A DNA stretch of 63,190 nt, counting the filler, from Pelomyxa schiedti (taxonomy: Eukaryota; Protista; Evosea): assembly GCA_020536535.1 (NCBI GenBank). It is 8 parts of 8 records of this genome, joined end to end, with 100 filler letters (N's around TTAATTAATTAA, not from the genome) between each part and the next. Parts side by side here need not be neighbours in the genome. Positions count along the whole stretch, not along the records: positions 17,198 to 45,058 come from JAHLWZ010000044.1; positions 45,159 to 53,433 come from JAHLWZ010000464.1; 6 more parts are not named here. The stretch is one strand, 5' to 3'. Below the pieces are notes generated by a model that was not told the origin of the DNA, did no database searches, and worked only from the letters and a program-made list of their open reading frames with translations. Positions 34,983 to 47,423 of this stretch are shown here, piece by piece. Position 1 is the first letter of the stretch, and every line of letters begins with the position of its first letter. The translations under genes were made by a program, and so were the position numbers.

Positions 34983-37900
34983 ATGTCATCAACACCTACA
35001 CCACCACCAAGGCCAACAGGAAGCCAACAGAAATGGTTCACAAACATGAACAAAGACCCGAAATCAAACACAAACACAAATTCCCCCAAGCAACAACCAG
35101 CAAAAAGAGCAATGCCTGCCACCCCCACCAATAACACAAAGCCAGCATCACCTGCGAATGAAGAAGATGAGGCTCAATCACTGTTAGAATCACTCATGTC
35201 AACTGTGGACAACACTCCAGAGCTGGCCAAGTCTCCATCCCCAGGAACTACTTCTAATGCTGCTACTGCTACTGAATCTTCACAGCCTGTTGCTGCACCC
35301 GCAGCTTCGGCTTCGGCTCCTCTTAAATCCTCTCGGGAGTTGCCTGCACCTCCTGGGAGAAGTAACAGCGTCTCCACACCAGTAGCCTCTCCATGTGAAC
35401 AATCTCCCCCTCCACCTCCACTTCCTGTGAGAAAAGGTAAAAAAGTGAAGCCCAGCACACCCCTACGGGCCCCTCCTCCAAAATCATCTTCTCCATCTCC
35501 CCCTCCTCCTAGGAGCATGTCCCCATCTCCACCTCCACCACCTCCACCACTGCCTCCTTCCCCTCCACCCCCGGAAGAGGTACCTCCAGACACCTCCACC
35601 AACCTTTCATCCGTTTCGAACACCTCAGAGTCTATGACCACCTCCTCGTCAACAGACTCTTTAGATTCTTTGGCATCCAGTTCTACACCACCGGTGGTTG
35701 CAACCTCGACTCCAACACCTGCAGCAACCCCTACTCCAACTCTTCCTTCAGCACATACACCACCCGTTTCCACTCCTCAAAATATCACTTCAACAGTACC
35801 TTCTGGTTCTTCTGCAGAAGGTTATTTGCTCTCCAGAGTATCCTTTCCTTAACATACAAAAAAAAGCCAAAAAAGCAAGACAAGCAGCTTTCGAGCAGCT
35901 TCTTGAGCAAAAAGGGGGGAAAAATGACAAAAAGGAAGATAAAAAAGAGGATAAAAAGGATAAAAAGGAGGAAGATGACAAGAAGACAAGGGTATGCATA
36001 CCTCTTAAGGAAAAAGTGGCTCAATTTTCCACAGCCGAGGAGAATTAGTTTCATGAAAAGAAATAAGGACTCCACAGAAAATAACGCCAAGCCCTCTGCA
36101 GAGGAGGCTCTGAAGAATGCATCTCAAGCCTCAGCTGCAGCCCCAGGGGCAACGGAAACAGCATCCCCTTCTGGATGGCGCCGGGCAACAGTGAAGATGG
36201 AACCAGGAGGTTTCTTCTTTTTCCTTTTTTTTTTTTTATTCACTTTCATTTTAGATACCCCTGAGGCAAACTCTTCACCTCAGTACTTGCACAGAAGAAC
36301 TGATTTTCGGGATACTATGAGACTAAGTATCTTTTGAATAATCTCAACTCCTCCCTCACGCAAACTAGCCGCCAGAATGCGAGCTTCCTCTCTGGAAATC
36401 GATTTTACTCCCCTAGGTTCAACAAAACCGCACTTTTCATCTGCAACATTAGCACCACAACATCTGTCACCGACCCCACCAGCAACAAAACGATTGTATT
36501 CTCCAAATATTAGCCATTAATTAGCAACTCACTAACAAAAAGAGTGGAGCAAAATCCGAAAGTCCCTTCACCAAATCCAAGTCCCCCACTTTCAGATGAA
36601 AGTACACCTGTTCAATCAGCACCAGCCCAATCTCTTCCTGTACCACAAGCTACTCCCTTGCCGAGACCAACAACACCAACTGATGAACCCAAGCCAGGTT
36701 TTTCCAATACCACTGTCTTTTTTCCCCTCATCTATCACAGCCACAAGCACAAGGAGGAAAAAAGTTGATTTTGAGAGTTTGGTCAATCCAATGAAACTCC
36801 AACCAGCCAAAGTTGGGAAGCCAGAGGTTTGCCTGCGCAATTTCAATAATTGCCAACCTTTATCAAGCCCGAAATTGATTGGGAACCGGCAATGAGAGGT
36901 ATCACACTTTTTAACGACCATCCTGTAAAGGTTTTTCCCTCTCCACAAACACTTCATTTAATCTGGGTTCAAGGGGATGCAAGTTCTTTATGAGGATGGT
37001 ATTGTTGAAAATACTCCAGTGTACATTGCCCAGTTTCTTTTCAACTGTTCGTTATTGGCAAAGGATAAAGTTGGGGATTTCCTGTCCGAGAGGTACTTGT
37101 TTCCTTAGCAACAGGCACAAAAAATCGTAACTTACTTTCAGAGAATCGACGGACATCTTGGCTGAATACTTAGCCTTGTTGAATCTTTCGAATTACGGTT
37201 TTGAAATGGCTTTGCGGTAAATGTCTTTCACTTGCACTTTCATATGTGACTTACATGCTCCAGCTTTTTCCTGCAACAGTTCAGATTACCTGGGGAATCC
37301 CAGAAGATCGATCGTCTAATGCAGGGCTTTGCTGATGCTTATTATGAATCTTGTGACAAAACGGTCTTTCTGGAAAATCGTCAGCTTCTACCCCTTAAAC
37401 TTGAGTCTTATGCTCTTTTAGCCTCCGTTTATGTTCTAGCCTTTAGTTTGATCATGCTCAACACCGATTTGCACAAAAAATCAGTGAAGCATAAGATGAC
37501 ACCAGAGCAATACTTGATAAATAGTCGCAAAATTAATAAAGTAGCCGTTTTACATCCTGCACCAAACTAAGGAAGAACAGGGAAAAGACTTCCCCAGATC
37601 CTTTATGATGCACTTATACCAACAAATTAATGACTGGGAGCTCAGGATGAATGAAAATCTCAAGTACCCTAAGGTATAAACAAAATGTGACATGGAACCT
37701 AAACCTTGTCAGGCCTTGAAAGCAGGTTGGCTCTTCAAGGATACTGGCATCCATTCAGTGAGAAGATGGTTTGAAACCACTTTTTATTGTGTAATTTGCC
37801 ACCAGGTACCTGCTATGCCCGGAAAATGGATTTCTACAATTCTACGAGCCAGAGGTATCCTTCTCCACTAACAACTTTCAAATACTTATGTAAATCACAG

Positions 37901-39562
37901 GGAGACCCTTCAAAAACCATAAGATTAGAAGGTGCCACCCTTTACGACGAACAGAATGATCACGGCAGAATTTCGTTTAAAATTGAGTATTTCACTAGTA
38001 ACGGACAGACAGTATGTGAGAACTCTTCATAATTGCGTCTTACCATCTGAAAAGCGTGAAATGAAAATGATGGCCGAAAACAAATGGAGTGGCCAAGAGT
38101 GGCTCGATGCATTCAAGCTTGTTCTGAACAATCAACAGCAAGCTCGGCCTAAATTCCTTCTTCATGGGACCACAACCCAAACTACCACTGACCCAGAATC
38201 AGACTCCGAAGTGTCCGAGACTGATGACGAGTATTTCACCGGGCCCAGATCTTCCTCCACCACACCCGATAACGAGAATTCCGAGCACAGCACACCAGAA
38301 ATCACAACTTCCGAACCAGAAACACCAGACACAGAAACTGCCACGCAGGCAAAATCACCAGAACCCACAGAAGAAGGCAACGAAGGGAGTGGAACAGATT
38401 CACCACCAGCATCATCACCCGTACTTGAAAGTACCATTCAGCCTTCATCATCCACATCACCCACATCACCCACATCAATCCAAAGAGATGAGCAACAGCC
38501 GCCACCACTACCGCCGCGGCCAAAGAAGTCCCCGGACATAGTACCAGAACATACAGAAGAAAAACCAGAAACAGAGGATACATCAAACAGCACCACTGCA
38601 TGCACCTCAACAACCACCCGGAAAAAGAAGAAGCCCACAGAACCAATTGAAATTCTGGATAGCGAAACAGGAATTGGCGTAGGGAAGGTACATTCAACAG
38701 TTGTTTTTTTACAACTTATATTCTGTTTGTAGGTTTGCTCACTAAGAAGGGCCTGCAAACGAGGCCACCCACACATGCGAGTGTGTGTGGCTGTATTTAA
38801 TAAGTAAGTTTTCCCAACACACTACAATCACAGTAACATGGGATTCAGGGAGGGACAGATTCTATGCATGCCATCATCTACCTATGAAAGTACCTGCCCT
38901 TTATATCTACAGCAAACTATTCAATAACGGTATATAGATGCATGGCAATTTTTGCTTCAGCAACATGTGCCAGTTGGCAAAGATATTACACAAATAGCAA
39001 ATGAAATTTGTGTGTCGCTTGGTGTAGTTCCAGATGATACTACAATCAAGCTTACAAAGTTATTTACAACAAAAGCTCTATTGGCCAGACTACACAGTAT
39101 GTTGGGCCACAAAAGCACACAAACACATAATTCACTACCGAACTAATTCTAATCCCTAATGTTATTGCAGGTTCCAGTATATCGGTATTTCTGGAAGTAT
39201 TCGCATTGATTGTGCCGGATATTGACTGTCTTCAGCACTTACCAACACCAGTTGTTCCACCAAAGTCAAAGAGTGAAATCATCACACACACAACTCCAGC
39301 AGCTCCGAAGAACATATCCCACTTTGTGGATGTAACCGCACTTCAGGCAGGACTCCAGAAGTATGATTCCGCCTCAAGCAGTGAGGATACAAATACAGAC
39401 GAGGATGATTTAGATGCAAGTAAAGAGACATCAGCACCAGACAACGTAGATGTGGAAGGAGCTCCTCCTGGGCCTTGGGATTATTGCCTAAGTGGTCAGG
39501 CGGGAATAAAGAGCTTCTTTGATGCAATAGCCGGAGCCATTTGGGTACTTATATTGTTGTAA
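34983..39562 (+). CDS. ARF guanine-nucleotide exchange factor: Pro-rich N-terminus, Sec7, PH, Nudix-like C-terminal domain
   Basis: FRLPGESQKIDRLMQGFADAYY, VYVLAFSLIMLNTDLH and PH motifs LKAGWLFK...VRRW...EWLDAFKLV. Confidence 0.9.
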
Positions 39563-39605
39563 TAGAAACTTTTTTTGTGCCTATTAAATTTACTCCCCAA
39601 TGCCT

Positions 39606-42438
39606 TTATTCCGTTTCATTTGAGTAGATGAGTTTCTTCTTTATGTAGAAAAGTATGTACCTAAACACAAAATGAGTCAGTAATAAGGCAGAGAGTAATG
39701 TACGCTTGTGACTGTGTTACAGAAGCGGCTGTAACTTCTGTAACAGTAACATCATCGCACTTGTACCACGCGCCTTTGTGCTGGAAAAAGCTGATGTAGT
39801 GCCCTTGGTCAATTTCCCCTACGGGTATAAGTGCTGGTAGACTCAATAGTACAAACCGGTATGGTTGATGACAGCAAAAAGGTCATACTCGTACAATGAA
39901 GTGTCCTCACTGACTGCGGGCGGTGATACAGGTGTTGGCTTGTTTACTGTGGTTGTTCGGTATGGGGCAAGGTTCATAGCACAGGGAAATTCAACGTAAG
40001 TAGGGATTTTAGTCAATTTGTGGCTGTGCTGTTCAAATCTCTGTGACAGAGATTAGCGGTAGCTAGTACGCGGTTACGCACCTTCAAATGAAAAACGACC
40101 ACGTTAGGAAGCATTCTAAAGGACATCTGCTTGGTGCACTCTTGGAGAACCTGACACTGGGCACATCGGATTTTTTCGGTGCTCCCAAGCTTTTCTTTGT
40201 GCGTGTATCTTAATGAACTTATCAGGAATTTTCGTCTTGGACCTGTATACCTATCCAGACAGGCAAAAAGGGTAACTGGTGGGGAGGTCTTGGAATTACT
40301 TGTTGCAGCTATTTCCGTAAGGAAAATAATGAGGAAACCGATATACTTGGTTTATTATTAGTAGAGACGTCAAGAGAGATGTCAAAGAATTCTTCCTCTG
40401 AAGATGTTCATTAGTACGCAACAATGAAACAAAATAAAACCTTTCGTGGAGCAGAAGCCACATTTATTGCATGTTAAATCTATTGCCGAATGAGTTGTTA
40501 AATAAAATGATAACCGTTCCACCAGAGCGGAGACAGCCTAGAAATAAATGTTAAGGACTCCTACTACACCCCCCACTTGTGTTTACCAGAAAATGTTTTA
40601 TGTACAACACATCTACAGTCAGTTGCAACACCTGGTATGTTTCTTAAAAAATTAATTGATGGGGTGTGGGAATATACCACCACAATGAGAGTGCAAGCAG
40701 TTAAGAGTTGAGATAAACAACTCATGAGAATCTTGCTGCTCTGATCCAGCAAAATTCTTGAAGTGATGCCATATTGATATGAGGAATCTGTACACAAGTT
40801 CAATGGAAACCGGTCACTCAACCCCATACCTGTGAGGTGAAAATGGGCTGGAGTTTCCAGAAAAATATTCCTGGAACATAGTGTCCATCTCACAGGCAAG
40901 GCACGCGTACTCTGCAGGAAGCCTATCTAGAACGGGACTTAGAGGCTGGCATTTTTCTTTGTGATACCTGTGTCAAACTGAAGATCCAGCTTTGGCTTTT
41001 GTCTGCACAGTTTCCTGTTATGCTGGTCGGCCAAGAAGTACGAGCGGAGCAGAGGGTTGTGCAGAAGACTCTATAGCACATCTCTATGTGAAAAAAAGAC
41101 AATGTTGTTTGATCTACTAACCTGTAAAACAGTGCTCATAAAACAGGAATTGCCCTTCAGGAAGAAGTGAGTGAAATTTAGAAATGGTTGTGATACCAAA
41201 TTGTACATGCCCCGCAGACCTGAAATAATGTAAGTGCGAGACAGAAAAAATATGAAGAGTACCAAAGAGGGGGCCAGGGTGGATCAGGTTTAGTTTCACT
41301 TGTTGTTCAAGTTCGTTTTCAGGAGCGGTCCACCCACGGTAAACTGCCAAATTGCCTTTGCAAGGAATGTCACAATATGTATTTCCTCTTGAGAGGAACC
41401 TTTTGTGGCCACACGACTCCGCTTTGGAGATACACGCAAAGTCAAGTATTGTGAAACATAAGACTCTAGTTCCTGGGGGATGGGTGGGTGGGTGGGGAGG
41501 CAACAAGTTTCCACCCTGCCCCTTCATCACTTTCGATCACATTGACAAACCTGGTCATACACATAGTCATTGCACGCAGAGCACCACACTTGCTTGTGCG
41601 AAATATCGAAGCCCAGAACATGCCCAGATTCCACGGTGTGCCTCGAAAAGTGGTCCACCGCCACGTCTTCCACGCCCTCCGTTGCTGGCGACGCCGACGC
41701 CGACGCCGAGGACGAGGCCGAGGCCGACGCCGCGGCGGGGCTTCCCCCCGAGGAGGAGGAGGAGGAGCCGCCGCTCCTGGCCGCCCCCCCCGCCCCCGCC
41801 CCCGTCCCGGTGCTCGCCGCCACACCCAGCCTCAGGCACCCGAAGAAAGAGCACTCCAGGCATGCGTGCAAGCCCCCCCACGCGCTGTTGCACACCCTGC
41901 ACTGTGGCGTCACCACGCCAACCCCCAGCCCCACCGCGGCCTGCGGCCAAGACACCGCCCCGCCGCCGCCGGTGTTAGTCCCGCTGCCGCCATTGCCCCC
42001 ACCGCGCTCATTGCTGCTGCTGGCGGCGGTGGCGGTGGCGGCGGTGGTGGGCGTGGCATTCGAGTTTTGTTGGTGCACCACCACCACGTGTGGCTGTGGC
42101 TGTGGCTGTGGATGGGGATGTGGATGGGGATGGGGAGTGGCGAGGGAGTGGCACGAGGACAGGAACTGCAACATCCTAGCGAACATCTCCATGCCGCCGC
42201 CGCCCTTCGCTCCCCCTCCGCCGCCGCCGCGGGCGCCCTTGTACTCCTCCACGTGCTCGCACCCGCTGCTGGCCACCGAGACAGACACGCCGCCGCCCGG
42301 TCCTCCTCCTCCTCCTGGCAGTCGGCGGTGCTGCCCCCCCGTCGTTGTGGTGGTGGTGGTGGTCGCTGTTGTGCTGGGTGTGTCGTCGCTGCTCGCGGAA
42401 CCCCCCCACGTCGAGCTTGTTGTGGTGGTCGTGGCCAT
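39606..42438 (-). CDS. USP22: Ubiquitin-specific protease 22/UBP8-like (zf-UBP + UCH)
   Basis: CRVC...LHACLECSFFGC...H...H...VWCSACNDYVYD, GLRGMYNL|GNSCFMSTVLQ|SLLHNPLLRSYFL, GHYISFFQHKGAWYKCDD, YILFYIK. Confidence 0.9.
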
Positions 42439-43162
42439 GACGCCGGATGGCACTTCAGATAAACTTCAAGTTTGATTCATTGATGTGATGGACCGAGGTA
42501 CTTGATACTACGAAACAATGTTGTGGTTCCAAGGCATTTGAGTAGAATGATGTGGTTGACACAGCCTCGTTTTTTGGGAGAAAATGGTCAACAAAAAGGG
42601 AGTGGAAATGACAACCACAAGAAGTGTTGTTATTATTCAAGTTTATTGTCCTTTTGGTGCGGGGTGTGATTCGGGCATTGTGTAATTGTTGTTTTGTGAG
42701 TGGTGGTGGGATTCGAAGAATAAAACGAAAATGCGCATGGTGGGGTTAGCTGCTGCCGGGTGGAAAAGGCTGTTGGGAATTGTTGTGATTCGCCGGCGAT
42801 GCAATTGCCTTTCCATCCACATCATAGTTACAGTTGTTCCGCACCACTGGCTGCACTTGAGTTAAGTTCGGCGATTTATTGATTTCTGTAGCGGAGTTTA
42901 GTCTGTAGCGGTGATTGAAGAGTTACCTGCCGGAACAACTGGGGGCTCCGTGCAGAGGCATGATTCATTCCACGATACGGAGGTTGTTCTGAGGTGGGGG
43001 TGGTGTCAGTGATCTATCAGGATGTAAATTCTCACGTTGTGCAACTGTGGTTTTTGGTTTTTTTGATTTAAAAGGTCAAATTTTGAAGGAGACGAACCAC
43101 TTTTGCTTTTTTTTCGAGTTTGAGTTTTCTTGCATACCGTATTACCGCACATACAAGCGACA

Positions 43163-44401
43163 ATGTTAGGAAGCGTGTTTGTTACGATCGCTGTTTTGGG
43201 TATTGCCGTCCTCGTACGGTGAGCATTTCTCCATCAATTTTTGCGGTGTTTCCCTCGTCTCGAGACTAACGTTTTTTTGCAGCCGGGCCATGCCCGCGAG
43301 TACTAGTGCCACGACCAGCAGACGCGATTACACCCCCGCGAGCCTCCCAGTTGCCCGCGCCTTCGCTGCTCCGACCAGCAGCTTCGCAGCCGAGCCACGC
43401 GTCCCCTCCTCGTACATCGGTGCTCCTCGTCGCGATCCGCTCGGTGGCTGGCCCATGCATCCCCTCCTGGACTTGCACGACCACGATCAGCACCCCCGCG
43501 TGCTCGACACTCCCCGTCCCCGCCCCCGCTCCTCCTCCTCCTCCTCCTCGGCGCCGACGAGCTCCCCCCTCGCTGCTGGCTTCTCCTCCTCCTCCTCGTG
43601 GTCATCCTCGCCGCCCTTATCGTCGCCACCCTCCTTTCCCTCGTCGTCGTCGTTGTCTTCGCCTGCGCCTTCCCCGTCATCTTCATCACCGTCATCGGCC
43701 GCTGTGCCGCACCCGTTTGGATCTGTGGGCAGCGGGGCGGGCACGGGGTGGTGGCGAGCCCTCCCCGACGAGTGCTATTGGGTCACCGCCGACGACGAGT
43801 CGTTCTGCGCCCCGGGGCGCGAAGTTGACTACGTGCCGCCGTGGCTGGCCGACACTCTGTTCTTGGTTGCAGCCCAGTCGGTTGCTGGCGCAGTGGCTGA
43901 CGTGCTTTACGAGGTGTGTTGCTGTGATGAGTGATATGACTGTGTTTGGGTGTTTCTTCCTGCTGTAATCTCACTGATCCATACCCAACGACAGGTCTTT
44001 CGACAAAGAGTAGCATTCATCGTTCCTAAGTTGAACAGACCGGCTGGGTCGACTGAGTACTTCTTTGCATTTGATTTCCAACGCGATGGGAAGCTGTTCT
44101 CTCGCATTGTGGCCCGGCCACGCCTCGCTCCTGCCGCTGCCGCTGACACTGCCACAACAACAACAACAGAGACCCCGGCCGCCCTGCTCCGTGCTGCTGC
44201 TACCGATGGTTCTCGTGCCGCGTCGCCGCCGACCCCCCTGCTTCGCATCCCACCCTCCTCCTCCTCCTCCTCCTCCTCCTCCTCCTCCTCCTCCTCCTCC
44301 TCCTCCTCCTCCTCCTCCTCCTCCTCCTCCTCCTCCTCCTCGGCCTCGCCGTCGCCCCAGCCACGACGCACTCCCAGTGCAGCCGCTCCAGCTGATGACG
44401 A
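43163..44401 (+). CDS. Secreted Ser-rich hypothetical protein (3' end lost in gap)
   Basis: Signal peptide MLGSVFVTIAVLGIAVLVR, GT-AG introns, poly-Ser tracts. Confidence 0.55.
44255..44341. repeat. (TCC)n microsatellite
   Basis: Visible trinucleotide tandem. Confidence 0.95.
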
Positions 44402-44501
44402 NNNNNNNNNNNNNNNNNNNNNNNNNNNNNNNNNNNNNNNNNNNNNNNNNNNNNNNNNNNNNNNNNNNNNNNNNNNNNNNNNNNNNNNNNNNNNNNNNNN
44501 N

Positions 44502-44853
44502 TTGTATACTTGTTGTACATTGCAATGGCATAATTGCAGTGATATGACGTGGGAGCAGTTTCTGGATTTGGACGGTAGACACACTTAGCCGTGGTTGCCA
44601 TGATAGGCATTTCCTTTTTTTCTAAATTAGCGGCTGACAGAAGAAAAGAACGGATACTCTACACACATGGATCCCATCAGCCTCCCCCCTCTTGAACTGG
44701 AGCTCATCTTCATCGCCGACAAATACAGTTGGATCGGGGGGAACAGAGAACTGCACCACAACAGGAGGAATTCCCACACTGCATACTTCCAGAGGCACTT
44801 CCTCCACGGACACAGGCTTCCGTTCCACCTGCTGTTCCTGTTCCTGTTCCTGT

Positions 44854-44885
<32 letters not shown>

Positions 44886-45058
44886 TTGCTCTTGCTCCTC
44901 TTGTTGTTCCTGTTGCTCCGGCTCTGGCTCTTCCGCTGCTGCATATTCATGGGCGGGTTCCTCGGCTGGAATCGCCGTGCCCTGCTGTGGCACCCCTTCC
45001 TCCTCTTCATCTTGCTGGGCCCTCTCTTCGTTTTCCTCCACCGCCACCTCATTATCCT
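44502..45058 (-). repeat. Second (allelic/haplotype) copy of RPA49 segment ~24070-24680
   Basis: Near-identical sequence with a few SNPs, an extra Ala codon and a shorter EQ tract. Confidence 0.9.
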
Positions 45059-45158
45059 NNNNNNNNNNNNNNNNNNNNNNNNNNNNNNNNNNNNNNNNNN
45101 NNTTAATTAATTAANNNNNNNNNNNNNNNNNNNNNNNNNNNNNNNNNNNNNNNNNNNN

Positions 45159-45683
45159 GTTGGATTGTTCCCGATGCACCACAAGGTGCACACAGTGGTA
45201 GCGGCAGCATTCTTTGGACTGGGGATGGCCACGGCCATGTTCTCCACCCTGGCAACAATGGCACAGCGCCCGAAGCACATGATAATGCCAAAGCGGGCCT
45301 GCATCGTGTGGGCCTCAGTTTTGGGTGTTTACATTGCGTTCATTGCCAAACTGGTTGCCTCCGCAGCCTCACAGGGCAGTACCTCCAACCTACTGTCACC
45401 CTCGGTGTATGCCAGCACACTGGCAGCACTGACCAAATCATCAGTGCACCAACACTCCGCTGTTGTTGCAGCTGCAGCAACAGAAGCAGCACAAATACAA
45501 GGAGGAGACATCACCAGAGAACAGTTTATACAGTTGCTCAGGGGGTGGGACAGAACTGGCCCAATCAGCACAATAACGGCACTGGAGTGGACACTACTTT
45601 TTGCAGTAACCATCAGCATCCTCATTGTTGGCCTCAACACCCTAAAGATGGGTTTGTTCCCAAAAACCTCACCAAAAACATGA
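45159..45683 (+). CDS. C-terminal part of DUF998/Frag1-DRAM-Sfk1-like membrane protein (belongs after 51875)
   Basis: LVGLFPMHHKVHTVVAAAFF...ALEWTLLFAV; first ~120 bp are identical to 51757-51875. Confidence 0.75.
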   Translation, partial: VGLFPMHHKVHTVVAAAFFGLGMATAMFSTLATMAQRPKHMIMPKRACIVWASVLGVYIAFIAKLVASAASQGSTSNLLSPSVYASTLAALTKSSVHQHSAVVAAAATEAAQIQGGDITREQFIQLLRGWDRTGPISTITALEWTLLFAVTISILIVGLNTLKMGLFPKTSPKT

Positions 45684-45704
45684 CTGTACATTCTTGAGTT
45701 TCTT

Positions 45705-46078
45705 TTACAGGAGGGGCACGAGGGGCATAAGCTTGATGGACTTGACTTGACCATACACATCGACCAGAACAAAGAGGGGCCTGTCAGTGGGCATCACAGG
45801 GTAGTGTTCTGTGTGCAGGGTGCCGCAGTTGCGGCCATTGTGCCACAGAAAAGTACGCCCTGGCCCGGGTTCTAGTGAGATTCCAATGCGGTCATAGATG
45901 GCAGTGTCAATTTTGAGATTCTCCAAGGTGCCAGAACTGTGGAGATCGTGAGGCATGTTTGATGGAAGCTGAATGCAGAACATCATGGAAATACTGCCAC
46001 TCCACTGTGGGTCAGTCTCCAGTATTTGAACTTCAAAGCGATGGGTGCAGGGGTTGGGGATAGCTGCCTTTGGTGTGA
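45705..46078 (-). CDS. C-terminal Neuralized (NHR) domain of the RING-TRAF gene at 51977-53248
   Basis: FEVQILETDPQWSGSI...DRIGI...HNGRNCG...PTDRPLFVLVDVYGQVKSIKL; ~120-bp overlap with 51977-52097. Confidence 0.8.
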
Positions 46079-46178
46079 NNNNNNNNNNNNNNNNNNNNNN
46101 NNNNNNNNNNNNNNNNNNNNNNNNNNNNNNNNNNNNNNNNNNNNNNNNNNNNNNNNNNNNNNNNNNNNNNNNNNNNNN

Positions 46179-47214
46179 GTCATCTCCTGGTGATGGTATA
46201 TTTAATACTCTCTGACTTGTTGTGAGGAAAATGAATGTAGTGCTTGTTGGTGATGAAGCCATATCCAGGAGGACACAAGTAACTTTGAGGTATCCAATGG
46301 AACATGGGATTGTGACAAACTGGGAGGATATGGCCCAGATATGGCACCACACTTTCTACAATGAACTCAGAGTGTCACCACAGGAGCAGCCTATTTTACT
46401 AACCGAGGCACCAATAGGTGCTAAGGCCAACAGAGAAAAGATGACTCAGATAATGTTCGAGCAGTTCCGGACACCGGCAGTCTATGTATCCCTTCAGCAA
46501 GTACTAGCACTTTATGCTTCTGGAATCACTACCGGAATAGTTGTGGACTCTGGTGATGGAGTGACTAGGTCAGTTCCGATATACGAAGGATATGCACTTC
46601 CGCAAGCCATAATTAGGCAGGACTTCGCAGGCCGCGATCTCACCGATTACCTTGTAAGGCTCTTGGCTAACCGCGGCTTCTCTTTTACCACTCCCGTGGA
46701 CCGTGATATTATTAAAGATATGAAGGAGACTATGTGTTATGTAGCCTGTGACTTTGACGGGGAGGAATCCACCGCCAGAACACTCCCGTCTACTATCTGC
46801 AAGGACTACAGCCTTCCAGACGGCCGGACTGTGACTGTTTCCAACGAGAGGTTCATGTGCCCAGAGGCCCTATTCCGGCCTTCACTTATTGGGCTTGATG
46901 CTGACGGGATACATGAGGCCTGCTACACCTCAATCAGCAAGTGTGATATAGATATAAGAAGGATACTGTACGGCAACATAGTGTTATCCGGTGGAACCTC
47001 CATGTTCCCGCATATTTCAGAGAGAATGGAAAGGGATGTAGAAATACTAGCACCAACAACAATGAAAGTTCGAGTCAAAGCACCACCCGAGAGGAAATAT
47101 TCTGTGTGGATTGGTGGTTCCATACTGGCCTCAATGAGCACCTTCCAAACCATGTGGATAACTGTATCTGACTATAATGAATCAGGACCTGGTGTTGTAC
47201 ATCGTAGGTGCTGA
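46179..47214 (+). CDS. Divergent actin/actin-like protein (5' end in gap)
   Basis: [77 protein letters not shown]. Confidence 0.93.
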
Positions 47215-47423
47215 GGAGATAAGAGATGAGGGCTGTTTTCACGTTAGTTGTTGTTCTATTTCTTTCCTTCTTTCATTTTTCTGGTGTCGGTTGCGGGGCT
47301 AAAACTAAAAATAGAACTGCGAAATCAATAGGAAAAAAAAGCAACCAAAAAATCACAACGAAAAAAAGAAAAGACAACCAACAAGCGACACCTACACGCA
47401 AGAAGGCGTAGATCCAACACAAA

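Noticed and set aside
45705-46352. ORF appearing to fuse antisense actin with the NHR domain (similarly 51661-52536)
   Set aside because: Created by reading through Ns across mis-ordered contigs.
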